The notes below the pieces were generated by a model that saw nothing but the letters and a program-made list of their open reading frames with translations, had not been told where the DNA came from and made no database searches. Below, piece by piece: positions 1-12,499 of a stretch of DNA of 64,000 nucleotides (the stretch's first letter is position 1; every line of letters begins with the position of its first letter). The DNA lies in contig NC_089430.1 of the NCBI RefSeq assembly GCF_026210795.1, forward strand, positions 5,828,001 to 5,892,000. The letters are read 5' to 3'. This DNA comes from Rhizophagus irregularis (Eukaryota). The translations under genes were made by a program, and so were the position numbers.

Positions 1-30
1 ATAATTATAGATTTTTAGATAATAATAACT

Positions 31-1361
31 TCATAATTGCACCATCATGTCATCTAATTCATCCGAAATGCCTTTTGAAAGACCAAATAAGGCACCTGTT
101 ATACCTGTTATTGAAGCTAATACTTTATTGTCTGGTTCAAGAGCGCGTCCGGCTTTTGCTCCAAAAATAGCTTTTTCTTCAATACTAAGTTTTCTAAATC
201 CTCTTGAATTTAAATCTTTATTAGTATGGTAAAGATTTCTCTTTCGCTCATACTCTAGTTCTTCTAGAAGTTTTGAATCTTTATAAAGATTTCTCTTTCG
301 CTCATACTCTAGTTCTTCTAGAAGTTCTTGATGCTTCGCTAGAAGTTCTTCATGCTTCGTTAGAAGTTCTTCTTGTTTCGTTAGAAGTTCTTCTTGCCTC
401 GCTAGAGGTTTATCTTGTTCCGCTTGTTGCTCCGCTTTGTAGACTCTTATTGCATCTTCTCTTATTTTATTCTCATCATCTTCCTTTTTTCTTCTTTCTG
501 CTTTTTCCGCTTCTTCTTTTAGACGTTTCTTTTCTTTCTGGTTCTCTTCAAATCGTGTAGTGGTATATAGAACTTGTATATGGCTAATACATTCCTTGAT
601 TTCCATTAATCGTTTTTCGTTGGCTTTTCTTTCATCTTCATTATAATATCGACGCATTGGAGAAACATGCCAACGGTACCCAATTTGTGTAATAAAAGAA
701 CGAAGAATTTCAATTTCATTCCAATCTATTTGTTTATCCATAACTCGTTCTGGGTCTGCTTTGGAAAATACAACGATGAAATTATTTGTCGCATCTTTTC
801 CAAGAAAATTTCTTATGGTATTCAAAACATTCTTTTCCTCATCAGTAATCCTTCCCGCTTCTACAAAGACCATTAAAGTCAAATACAAATAAAATGTACA
901 ATCAAATAAACAACAGTTATTTACATACCTAAAACCAAAAGAATTGCCCTGACCCACCGTCGCATTGATTAACGAATTCGGTTATTTCTTTAAGTGGATC
1001 TACATTTCCACGACTGTCAAATAATCCGGGTGTGTCAACAAGGTCATAATTTTTGTTGTTAATTTTCAATGTTGCTACTTCACATTTACTCGTTTTCGAT
1101 TTCTATATTTTCATTACTTTCTTCATGAATACAATAAAATAAAATGAATCAAAAATATGAAACATAGATATTACAAAACTGCTTGAAGCTGTAAAAGGCT
1201 TATTATCACGATTCCCAAGAAGCTGGTTACCAAGTGTACTTTTCCCGGCACCTACAGTAAATAATTTTGCCTTTAGTTAATATTTACAGTAACGAACGAT
1301 AAGAAATAAATGCCTTGCCGGTTTTTCCTAGCAAGAGGACAACTTCGTTTTGAACATTCAT
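31..1361 (-). CDS. AIG1/GIMAP-family GTPase with coiled-coil C-terminus (4 exons; apparent 1-nt frameshift at 953-955, so possibly a pseudogene)
   Basis: Spliced translation gives MNVQNEVVLLLGKTG|AGKSTLGN (G1), VDTPGLFD (G3), FIVVFSKAD (G4-like), then an E/K/R-rich coil with QEELLTK heptads. Intron positions match the paralogs at 57-61 kb. The G-VRAILLVL segment is one base out of frame. Confidence 0.8.
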
Positions 1362-1669
1362 TTTAGAACAAGTTAACAAAAATTGTTTTAAATGAAACCT
1401 CTTTTATATGCCGTTCTAATCGTGTGAAATGATGTACATATAATAATTGGTTTTAGTCTATTTGAGTTAGACCGGTGTATATAAATAGATGAGTTGTGTT
1501 TATAATGACGTAATATTATCACACTTGAAATAAACAAATGTTTTAACTTGTTACAGATTAGGTTAAACATTTGGCTGATTTGTAGTAATGTTCCACAAAC
1601 TGTATTCGTCTTTTGTTGTACAACGTACACAATATTTTATTTTACTTTATTTTAAACATTTAGACAGAA

Positions 1670-2340
1670 GCAGAGGTATTACAAGTATGGAGCGGAGCTA
1701 CAAGAGGCTCGAACTACACCTATCTAGGTAACCACCCAACCCTCGAAAGAATCGTCCTGCCTTATATTAAAAAATAACCTAGGCATAATCAGTTTCATAT
1801 AAGAAGGAAAAGAAATAAAATAAAAATCTGATAATCTATAAAATGAAGAGAAGAAAGAAAAGAAATCTAAAAATTGTTCATCATCATTATAAAAATCTAT
1901 ACTATAATTAAAATTGTTCAAAAAAGAGCTCCAAGTCTCCAACCACTCGAATATAAATAATTTGACGTTATAAGGACCATCCACTACGGGATCAGAGACG
2001 GTCCTTACCACGTTGAGACGTTAACAAAATGTTCTTTTATTTAAATTTATATATGAGAATTCAAAAGAATTCTAAATCTTCTACATCGAATTTGTCTCCT
2101 ATTTATAATAAATCATGAAATGAATATATACATCTTCTAAATATATTACTTGAGTTTTCTCCTAATTTAGATTTTCCATTTTCGGATTTTCATCTCATCT
2201 CTAAAGAAATTATTCTATCAAGATTCTCTATTCCTAATTTAGGTTTTCCTTATTTGTAATATTATCATCATCTTCTATTTGGAAAGATCTTATACTTTCG
2301 TTTATTATTTGACGATCATTTATTCACGATGTCCACGTGT
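1670..2340 (-). mobile_element. Possible decayed retroelement fragment
   Basis: Stop-riddled ORF-like text on the minus strand (ORF 1724-2011 is part of it) and a locally GC-richer tail. No diagnostic motif. Confidence 0.2.
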
Positions 2341-2426
2341 GATCACTTCTAAAAATAACAAATTTATACACCTATACTAGATATAAAACTACGCCTCGTG
2401 ACTATTAAAGTTACTAGATGATTCCG

Positions 2427-2612
2427 CACCCCAGCCAAATGATCGACATAGTTTATAAGCTGGATGTTCGTGCGCTAACTTATAGCTTATAAACTGCCCA
2501 TGGGCATATGTAGCCCACGGGATCTGATTGGTTCAGAATGAGGACAATAATGTCCCCGTAATTATGGACTATGTTGCGCCTTCAGTTTAAAAATGAGGAC
2601 AATAATGTCCTC
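2427..2612 (+). repeat. Left terminal inverted repeat (perfect part about 186 bp)
   Basis: Base-by-base match to the reverse complement of 20658-20843; first mismatch at about 2613. Contains internal palindromes AGTTTATAAGCT..AGCTTATAAACT and TGCCCATGGGCA. Confidence 0.95.
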
Positions 2613-4130
2613 ATAATTATGGACTATGATGCGCCTTATTCAGCTTAAAAATGAGGACAATAATGTCCTCATAATTATGGACTATGATAGTTCTTTAGTT
2701 TAAAAATGAGGACAATAATGTCCTCGTAATTATGGACTATGAAGTGCCTTCAATTTAAGAATGAGGACAATAATGTCCTCGTAATTATGGACTATGATAG
2801 TCCTTTAGTTTAAAAATGAGGACAATAATGTCCTCGTAATTATGGACCATGATAGATCTTCAGTTTAAAAATGAGGACAATAATGTCCTAATAATTATGG
2901 ACAATGATGTGCCTTCAGTTTAAAAATGAGGACAATAATGTCCTCATAATTATAGACTATGATAGTCCTTTAGTTTAAAAATGAGGACAATAATGTCCTC
3001 GTAATTATGGACTATGAAGTGCCTTCAATTTAAAAATGAGGACAATAATGTCCTCGTAATTATAGACTATGATAGTCCTTTAGTTTAAAAATGAGGACAA
3101 TAATGTCCTCGTAATTATGGACTATGAAGTGCCTTCAATTTAAAAATGAGGACAATAATGTCCTCGTAATTATAGACTATGATAGTCCTTTAGTTTAAAA
3201 ATGAGGACAATAATGTCCTTGTAATTATGGACTATGAAGTGCCTTCAATTTAAGAATGAGGACAATAATGTCCTCGTAATTATGGACCATGATAGATCTT
3301 CAGTTTAAAAATGAGGACAATAATGTCCTCGTAATTATGGACTATGACAAGCCTTTAGTTTAAAAATGAGGACAATAATGTCCTCGTAATTATGGACTAT
3401 GATAGACCTTCAACTTAAAAATGAGGACAATAATGTCCTCGTAATTATGGACTAGTATGAAGTGTCTTCAGTTTAAAAATGAGGACAATAATGTCCCTGT
3501 GATTATGGACTATGATAGATCTTCAGTTTAAAAATAAGGACAATAATGTCCTAATAATTATGGACTATGAAGTGCCTTCAATTTAAGAATGAGGACAATA
3601 ATGTCCTCGTAATTATGGACCATGATAGTCCTTTAGTTTAAAAATGAGGACAATAATGTCCTCGTAATTATGGACTATGATAGACCTTCAACTTAAAAAT
3701 GAGGACAATAATGTCCTTGTAATTATGGACTAGTATGAAGTGTCTTCAGTTTAAAAATGAGGACAATAATGTCCCTGTGATTATGGACTATGATAGATCT
3801 TCAGTTTAAATATAAGGACAATAATGTCCTAATAATTATGGACAATGATGTGCCTTCAGTTTAAAAATGAGGACAATAATGTCCTCGTAATTGTGAACTA
3901 TGATAGTCCTTTAGTTTAAAAATGAGGACAATAATGTCCTCGTAATTATGGACTATGATAGACCTTCAACTTAAAAATGAGGACAATAATGTCCTCGTAT
4001 TTATGGACTATGATGTGCCTTCAGTTTAAAAATGAGGACAATAATGTCCTCGTAATTATAGATTATGATAGTCCTTTAGTTTAAAAATAGCTCTCATAAT
4101 TACAGACTATATTGGACCTCTCATTTAAAT
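2538..4130 (+). repeat. Left subterminal tandem array, 28 x 55-bp units plus a degenerate tail
   Basis: Unit ATGAGGACAATAATGTCCTCGTAATTATGGACTATGA(N6)TTYARTTTAAAA starting at 2538, 2593, 2651, 2706, 2761 ... 4032. Confidence 0.95.
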
Positions 4131-4336
4131 TATATTCAGCTTCTGTATTCATATATAGATTATAGGAACCTCCTAATTAGTAAATGGACAATCATAGTGT
4201 CTTTATAATTATAGATCTCATTTAAAATAATAACAGTAGTATACTCATATAACTTACTATTAACAGGTTATATTATAAATAGCATGTTCTTTTTGTTTAA
4301 AATGTATTTTCATATTTGATTGTCTATTTAAACCAC

Positions 4337-4472
4337 TTATGGACTGTTCCCTGACAGGACATTTTTCCAATAACCTAACGCTGGCCGTTTGATCACGTGT
4401 TCATGCATAACCTGCATAACACTGGCCAAATCTTTCAGGCAAATGTAATCCCGTCAGGAAATTGTGCCATAA
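4337..4472. mobile_element. Small degenerate MITE-like element
   Basis: Imperfect IR TTATGGACTGTTCCCTGACAGGA ... TCCCGTCAGGAAATTGTGCCATAA around a GC-richer core. Confidence 0.3.
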
Positions 4473-4728
4473 CCATTTAAACTAAAAGGTAATAATGTGG
4501 CAGAAAATTTAGAGAAATAAAAATATATTTTAATTGCAATATTTTTTTACCGCTTTAAACTCCTAATCAAATTGTTAGAAAAGTTATTTTTAAAGTAAAA
4601 TAGGTTTCTTCTATTTATTTCAAAGTTGTTATAATAAATATTATATCATATATGACTAATTTTTTTAAGTATCAAAATATTTGTCAGATTTATTAGATAT
4701 TCAATTCATATTGCTCCTTTTGGATCGA

Positions 4729-7700
4729 TTATACTATTTTATAATCCATACTTTCACCTTCTGTTATTATTTCTTCTTCACAATCTTTACTTTTATCTAC
4801 TATTTCCCCTTCATATTCTATACATTCTTCATTATCACAAATTTCTAATTCAGTTAAATTTTCTGCTAAATCTCCTTTTAAAAGATTATCTTCCTCAATC
4901 TCATTAATTAAATCATAAATTGGAACATCTACTACTTGTACAGTATTATTCACTTTGTAATTTTCAATTTTGTTTAAAGCTATCTGACAATTTTCTAAAT
5001 TTTTACTTACATTTTTATAATATTTCATCAAAATACAAATCATTCCATACTACAAACAAATTTTTTATTTAGATTATTAATAGCTTGTTCAAAATAATTA
5101 CAAGATAAAAATGAATAATACTTACATTTTTTGTAGTTTTTTCATTAAATTGTTGTAATTGTTGTAATTTATTTTCAATTTTAATTTTATAATTCATCCA
5201 GAAATCATATAATCTTTTTAATTCTTGCACAATTAATGATATTTCTTCTTTAGACCGTTGTAAATTATTAAAATTTTTAATTGAATTGAATATAACTATT
5301 CGAGGTATATTATCCATTTTATCATTAATTGATATATCTAATATTTGCCAAAAATCTGACGTATGATTAACTATTTCATTAAATATTGCTTTTGGATAAT
5401 CTTTACAAAATGAATTTTCTTGTGCAAGTAATCTGAAATATTCATAATATGAAATGTTTATTTCAATTTGTTTTGAAATATCTTTAATACTTGATTTAAT
5501 TTTTAATGTTAACTTATGACCTAATAAAAATAAATATGGTTAAATAATATTTTAATAAATAAGTTAAGATTACAAATATATATAATTACCTATATGGTCT
5601 TGATTATATAATTGTGAATTTTTAAATATATATTCATTACGAAATTTTCTAAGCTTATCAGAAATTAAATCCAAATTACGTTCACAATAATCATGAAAAT
5701 ATTTGGAATATATAGGATTAAATGGATTCCATCTTTTTGATTCAGGTATATCTAAATCTGATTCACATTTTTCAACTTTTTTTATATATAATGAGCGAGA
5801 TCTTTTTAATGATTCCAACTGTCTTTCAGAGTTAGCTTTTGATATTTCAATCCTAAAAAAATAATATTAGTATTTAGTAATATTAAAATAATTATTACTT
5901 GAATAAAATTAGTACATACTCATATCGATGTAATTCCATTAGGTTTAAGAAATACAACTCTTTTCCAATTAAATGTTGCCTAAAAACTAAAAATCTCATA
6001 TATTAAAACTAATTTTTAAAAAATTAGCATAATAAAATACATAATATTTACCAAAATTGGATTCATACTGGCACTGAATATAATAAAGTATTTTACTTTC
6101 ATCAATTCCATGCATTTGTTCCATTTCTTTTAATATTTTTACTGATACATTCATTATTTTATAAGCATTTTTAAACCTTTTAACTAAGTTACATGCTGAT
6201 ATAAAATAAAAATATAAATTAAAATATAAATATTTTAAATTATCATAAATTTAATTGAACATTACCTAAATTACTAATCATTTTTCTACTTATATGCTGA
6301 ATTCCTTTTTCTAAAATATCCAATCTATGATGTGGTCTCATATATCTTGTTGTAGAAGAAAAGCGTCCTAAATATGACCACAGTCTTTCTAAACTTTCCC
6401 CATCAGTTAATCCTATGGAATTACAAGCCCTTGGGTGGTAATTTAATTGGCATTTCATTGAATGTGCATAGGCATGAAATATTGAAACACACCAATTAAA
6501 TCGAGATTTGAATGGAAAAAGTCTACTTTCACTTTTTTCTACATGTGAATGAAGATTGCATGCAATATCATATAAGACAATAAATGTAGAAGAATCTTCA
6601 TAAAACATATTATGTAAATCTGATAAAATATATTCTGCTAAAGAAAATCTATAAAAATGTAATTATATAATATGAATAACTAATGTTAATATCAAATGTT
6701 AATATTACAATAATATATAAATTACCTTTCACCAATTCCTTTTAAATTAATAAATTTTAAAGGAATGCCGTGCCTACATGTACTTCCAAATATTCCTGTA
6801 TCGTCCAAATAATTGGATTTAAGGTTTGCTTTTGTTTGATTAGCCGCTTTAAAATGGCTGTCACATACATTTATTTGCTTAATGAAATAATAAATAATTA
6901 ATAATTAACAAATTAAAATAATAAATGAAGTTAAATAAACAACAAATATATATATAGAATACTTACCGCATTATTATTATTTATATTTAATGTATTTAAT
7001 GAACTTAAATTAATCGAATTTTGTACCCATTCATCATATTTATTTTGGTTTAAAATAAATGATTCTTCAATTATTCTTTCACCAATATTAGAACCAGCAC
7101 TTTTCATTCGTTTAAGTTGAAAATTAGCATCCAATGCAATTATAATTTTAGAGTTTTTCTCTTCTGGCTATAATTAAATTTGTTTATTAATTCAAAATAT
7201 AATGTAAAAAAGTTTTTAAAAATATAAATGGGAAGTAAATCAAGCAAAAAATAAAGTTACCTGTGGACAAGCTGGACAATTAAATTGTGATTTACTACTA
7301 AATAACTTATTAATAGTATTTTCAATCATAGTTTTTAATCCTAAATATTGATGAAAAGCAGATTTAAAAAGATAATATATGTTCTAATAATAATAAAAAC
7401 ATATTAGTAAACTATATAACATTAATATAATGAAATTTTTTAAAAACTTAACTCTAGTTATATCTTGATCAGAGAATAATGATTCTAATACTCGACAAAA
7501 TGAAAGATATGATACATGTGCTTCGAGTAATAATTCTTGATAAATATCAAATAATTCAAATGAGAAAGCAACTTGTGGATTTATAGGGGTGGAAGGAAAT
7601 AATTTATGCCTGATTAATGTTTCGACCAAACCTTCACAAGTTGGAAATTTTGCTTTAAATATTCCTATTTAATGCAATATTTATTTAATTGAAAATTTTA

Positions 7701-8373
7701 TTAAAGTATAACAAATAAGATTTATACTTTACCTTTTAAATTAATGATTGATATTTCCTTAATTTCATGCTCACAAAATCCTGTACATAATTGTGGTAGT
7801 TTTATTTCTTCTTTATCAAAAATATTACTTATAAAAACTTTTCTATGAAATAAATTTATATCCTTATGATATAAAGTATTACACTCTAAACACAAATAAG
7901 TATTAAGACCACAATCTAAACAATAACAAATGGCAGGTGAATTACATTTGAAGCATTTGGAGTCCTTATTAATTGCATTATTTTCTATCATAATGTCAAA
8001 TAATTTTGGTGAGATTTTTCTCCAATTTTCGGACAAATTTTTTTGAGCATTTTTATATGTATTTTTAGCAGAACTATAGTTTTCATCTTCTTTTATAATA
8101 TCAATATCTATCCATTCATCATTGTTTCTATCTTCATCCACTATTTCAGTAGATTTATATATATTTTCAGATAAATTTTTGGCTCGATATTTGTTACTTC
8201 CTTTTGCATATCGATTAATAACTACTTTTTTTGCATTTTTTTTATTTGAAGAAACTAAATAAGGCCTGTAACTAATTTTACCTAAAAATAAAAGATATTA
8301 AGTAACAATTTAAATATATTTCTTTAATAACAATAATATAAATACCTTTTTTATTCAAATTTCCTTTATTCAT
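4729..8373 (-). CDS. KDZ-family DDE transposase with N-terminal Cys clusters (multi-exon; no lesion found in the exons checked)
   Basis: Spliced reading: ATG at 8373; CFKC..CYCLDC..CLEC..H zinc cluster; LIRHKLFPSTP..AFSFEL (CxC-like); CPACP; IIALDANFQLKR (D1); CDSHFKAA..DDTGIFGSTCRHG..GER; VLYDIAC (D2); FHAYAH..CQ..GLTDGESLERLWS (E). These match the Pfam KDZ motif order. Confidence 0.9.
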
Positions 8374-8910
8374 ATTAAATATGTAAAAAGAATAAATTTA
8401 CAAAAAAAAAATTTTTCGGGATTGATCAAACTAAATTAGCCAATTAGACTACTTGCTGCAGATCAAATCTATTTATAAAATAAAAGCAGATTAGCAGATA
8501 TTACCATAAGTACCTTATAACACTGCCTAATACCTTAGGTATAAATCAATTTACCAGGTTTAAAACATTTAATTAGATCGGGTGTATACATACATCCTGC
8601 TGTATTAAACAAATTTAATGTACGAAAGATTTCATTCAACTTATAGTAATGGTTTAATGGTTTAATATTCTTAATTTAAGAAAATAAAAAAAATCTATAT
8701 ATTATGATATTTTGGGTCGGTATTAAATATAGAAGCTAAAATGGGCCTTTTAAGCAATGCACGGTAACTTTAATTTATACTGAACTATTACTTTAAGAAT
8801 CTTTTATTTCAATAATTTTAATAATATTTAGTAAAGATTTTATAATAATTCCCTACTTCAAAAAAAAAACAATACAAATTTAACTAAAAATTAATAAATG
8901 CTAAAACTCA

Positions 8911-10900
8911 TTAATCTAGTTCCATTATTTCATATGCTGACAATTTATCAAATAAAATTTTTGTATTTAATGGTCGTACTCCTTCATTTAAATTTTCTAT
9001 TGAATTGATATCAAGTGCTTCCATAAATATTTCATAAAAATGGTTGGTGGATTCAAAATCAGATACGTGCATTCCTACTTTAATTATCTGATTAAAGGAT
9101 ATTCCTGCACTAACGATATGTTGTAACCTCATTGCACTTGTTTTAAAACGTCGTTCTGAACATTCTGAAATGCCTTCTTGAATACAAATAATCTCTTTTA
9201 CAAATGTCCTTTGTTTACCCTTCTGATTTGGAAAATTTGATTCTGCCACAACATTAATTTCATTATAAATATCAATCAAGGACATCCTATGATAAAACTT
9301 GAATACATTGAACGCTATTCCAATTTTTTCTATTTGGTTCTTTTGGAGGGCCCACTGCTTGACTCTTTGTATACCACTTGTTTTATCTATAATCTTAATT
9401 GGTTCAGCAGTTAAAAGATTAAGGGAGTGCGTTAAATTATTATTTTGTAAATCCGATTCATTAACCATATCTTTATCTGCCAATTTTTGAACTGGTGAAT
9501 CATGAGTATTTGATTGAAGATCATCCATAACTAGTTTTCGGAGTTTTTCACCAAATTTTTTGAATTTCTTCTCTTTTAATTCTTTAGCTTCAAGGTTTTT
9601 TTTTGCTTTATCTATTGATTTAAGAAATATAATAGATTATATAAATATAAATTAATAATAATTATATTTATTAGTTCAATAAAAAACAGAAATACCTTCA
9701 GTTTCTTCATTTTGTATATCGTCATTTTCTACATCAATCTCCATAATTTCTACATCTTCGTCCACTTCATTTTTATTATCTACATTAATTTTTACAACTT
9801 CTATGCTTTCATTTACATTATCTCTTACTTTCTTTCCTTTAATTAAAGAGACAAATGATAATGGAACTGATGTTGAAGATGGTGATGGTTGAATTAATGT
9901 TGAGAACGAAGATGAAGATGAAATTAAAGTTGGGGACGACGATAACATATCATTTTTCTGCATATATTCGTTGATTTTAGCGATCCATTTTTCTATTAAA
10001 CATTTAAAATCTTTTAGTTTTTTCCATTCTGCATAAATAGGTAGAATATCAGCCCCCCATTTTATATCCTCTCTTGTAGGTTGTTTGATTTCGTTATTAT
10101 ATCCAAATTTTTTGTGGCATCTGGAATTTAATTTCTCCCAAATTTCATCAGAATCATCTTCAATTGATTGATTAACGGTATTTAAATCATCATTTAAAAC
10201 TGTAATATAATCTTCTAATTTAAAAGGTTTAGAAGAAGTTGATATAGACGGGGATGACATTGATGGCAAATTATTAGATGCAGTAGAAGTTGTAGATATG
10301 TTATCAACTAGACTAGTTTCGTTATTATCATTATCTGATGATACGACTGTTGAAAATGATCCATCAAAACGCGCCAGGGTTTCAAACTTCTTCAATTCAG
10401 ACTAAAGTAAATTTTAATATATTAAATAAAATTTTAATAAAATGTAAATTTTAAAATTAAAACACATTTGTATTATATATAACACTATTTACCAGCAAAT
10501 TATTATTTTCAGCTTTAAGTGCTTCGAGTTTTTCCTAATATGCATATAAAAATATAAATATAAATTATAGAGAAAAAAAGAATTTAATTTTAATAATCTT
10601 ACTTCTAAATTTTCATAATAATTATTATCCTTCAAATCGATCATCAATCTATCTTTATGTTTTCCATATATGACGACAGCTGTACGATCGTTGATGACAG
10701 AAATGTTTTTAAGGCGGCCTTGAAGTTTATTACGAATAAAAGATAAAGCTTCTGAAATTTTTATATTGTCATTATCAGATAATGATAATGAAACTTTATT
10801 GTCCTTAAAGTTAAATAAATAAACATATTAAATACATTATAAATAATTTTATTTAACTATAATAACTAAAAGTACAATTTACCTTTATATTATTTGACAT
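8911..10900 (-). CDS. Uncharacterised transposon-borne protein (5 exons, roughly 550 aa; coiled coil, Ser-rich and acidic linkers, helical C-terminal domain)
   Basis: GT-AG introns join MSNNIK|DNKVSL..NLE|EKLEALKAENNNLL|SELKKFET.. (ORF 9676-10395)|DKAKK..MDDLQ (ORF 8911-9528) in frame. Confidence 0.75.
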
Positions 10901-10987
10901 TGTAAAAGTTTAAAATTTCGTAAACGTTAAAAAAAAGAAAAATAGGGATTGTTTATGTTATTTTATTCTAGTACATTTGTAATTAAT

Positions 10988-11292
10988 TATTTTTAGAATT
11001 AAACGCGTAATGGTAAAATGTTTTACTATTTTTAGAATTAAACGCGTAATGGAAAATGTTTGAAATGTTTTCTATACTATTTATAGAATTAAATGACTTA
11101 AACGCGTAATGGGAAAATGTTTTACTATTTTTAGAATTAAACGCGTAATGGAAAAATGTTTAAAATGTTTTCAATACTATTTTTAGAATCAAACGCGTAA
11201 TGGGAAAATGTTTGAAATGTTTTCTATACTATTTTTAGAATTAAACGCGTAATGGGAAAATGTTTGAAATGTTTTCTATACTATTTTTAGAT
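10988..11292. promoter_or_regulatory. Tandem 40-60 bp repeats, each with an ACGCGT (MCB-like) box, upstream of the 10900 gene
   Basis: ACGCGT at 11003, 11042, 11102, 11141, 11193 and 11245, within TTTTAGAATTAAACGCGTAATGGGAAAATGTTT units. Confidence 0.55.
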
Positions 11293-11715
11293 TGTAACTC
11301 AAAATAGAATAATTACTTTAATTACCTGTTAAAAATTATAGAAAACTTATTTATAGTTTGTACTCCGATCAAATGGGGGCTAAAATAATAAAAAAAAATC
11401 TATACATTTTATTTGAATTTTTTTAATTAGTAACTATAATACAATTTAAATTACAAAGGATTATTTAATCATAAACGGTCAATTGAAAATAAAATGTAAT
11501 ATATCATCAATCAAATTTAAATTAATGATTACTAAATAAAAAAAGATAGTTATAGGGTTTTTGTGTAAAAATTATTTTCTTGTGCAAATTTATATATTAA
11601 ATCAATCACAAAAATGATGCAAATTTATTGTGGCATAAAATTCTTCATATTAGGCGAAAAAATTTAACTTCATTTGCGATTATTTTTTCAAGAAATAAAT
11701 ATTACTGATTATCAT

Positions 11716-11977
11716 CATTGCAGCAGATTTATAAAGATTTATGAAATTTGGAAAAAGTCCTGCTGCGCCCTTGGGAATTAAAATTGACTTACAGAAATTT
11801 TTCCTAAAAAAATGTCAAATAATGATGCGCCTTTAACACTGGAAAAAAAATTTTTAAAGCTCATTTTTGACTGTTCACTAATAAATTTGGGACTTAAATA
11901 GAAATTTGGTGATCAAACATATAATTAATTTGACATGACAGACAAATTTTGGGGTATTTCATAAATCTGCCATGATG
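11716..11977 (+). mobile_element. MITE family A copy 1 (TIR consensus about CATYRCGGCGGATTTATGAAA)
   Basis: Homologous along its length to 19128-19453 and, inverted, to 30380-30804; about 20-bp TIRs. Confidence 0.75.
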
Positions 11978-12499
11978 TTAATTTTAATTAAGTTGTTATA
12001 TAAATATTATATATTTATTATGAAACTGAATATTAAACTTTTAATAATTATTTTTATATTTATTATAATCAAATAAAAAAATTCTGATTTTTCGATTTTT
12101 CCAATAACTTTTATTACGTCATATTTTGTATTGATTGTCTGATTTCACATGGTATAAAAGTAAATTTGGTTTCGGCTTTTAATGATTATCCTAATTAACG
12201 CTAATTAAATTGTTAAAATTCCAATTTTATTTTAAGATTTCTTTGCAAATATTTCAGTACTCTACACCTGGCTTCTATCAACTATTTATAATATAATCCA
12301 GTACCATCATTTATTATAGCTAAATTTGAGATAATCAAAATCTTTACTTGTATAATAAAACATGAGACAATAGAGAATACTGTATAAATGAAATATAAAT
12401 TTAAAGTTTTTCAAAGGGTGCCATTAAACAAAGAAGGTAGACACTTATAGGAGATAGAGCTTTTTCTTTAATTTAATTGTTTTAAAGAAATGTTTCTGA

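Noticed and set aside
2538..4130. CRISPR-like or guide-RNA array (regular palindromic repeats with variable inserts)
   Set aside because: The variable part is only about 6-8 nt and recycles a handful of alleles. The array is mirrored at the other transposon end, the context is eukaryotic and no cas genes are present.
4729..8141. Seven separate small minus-strand ORFs
   Set aside because: They are exons of one transposase gene joined by GT-AG introns.
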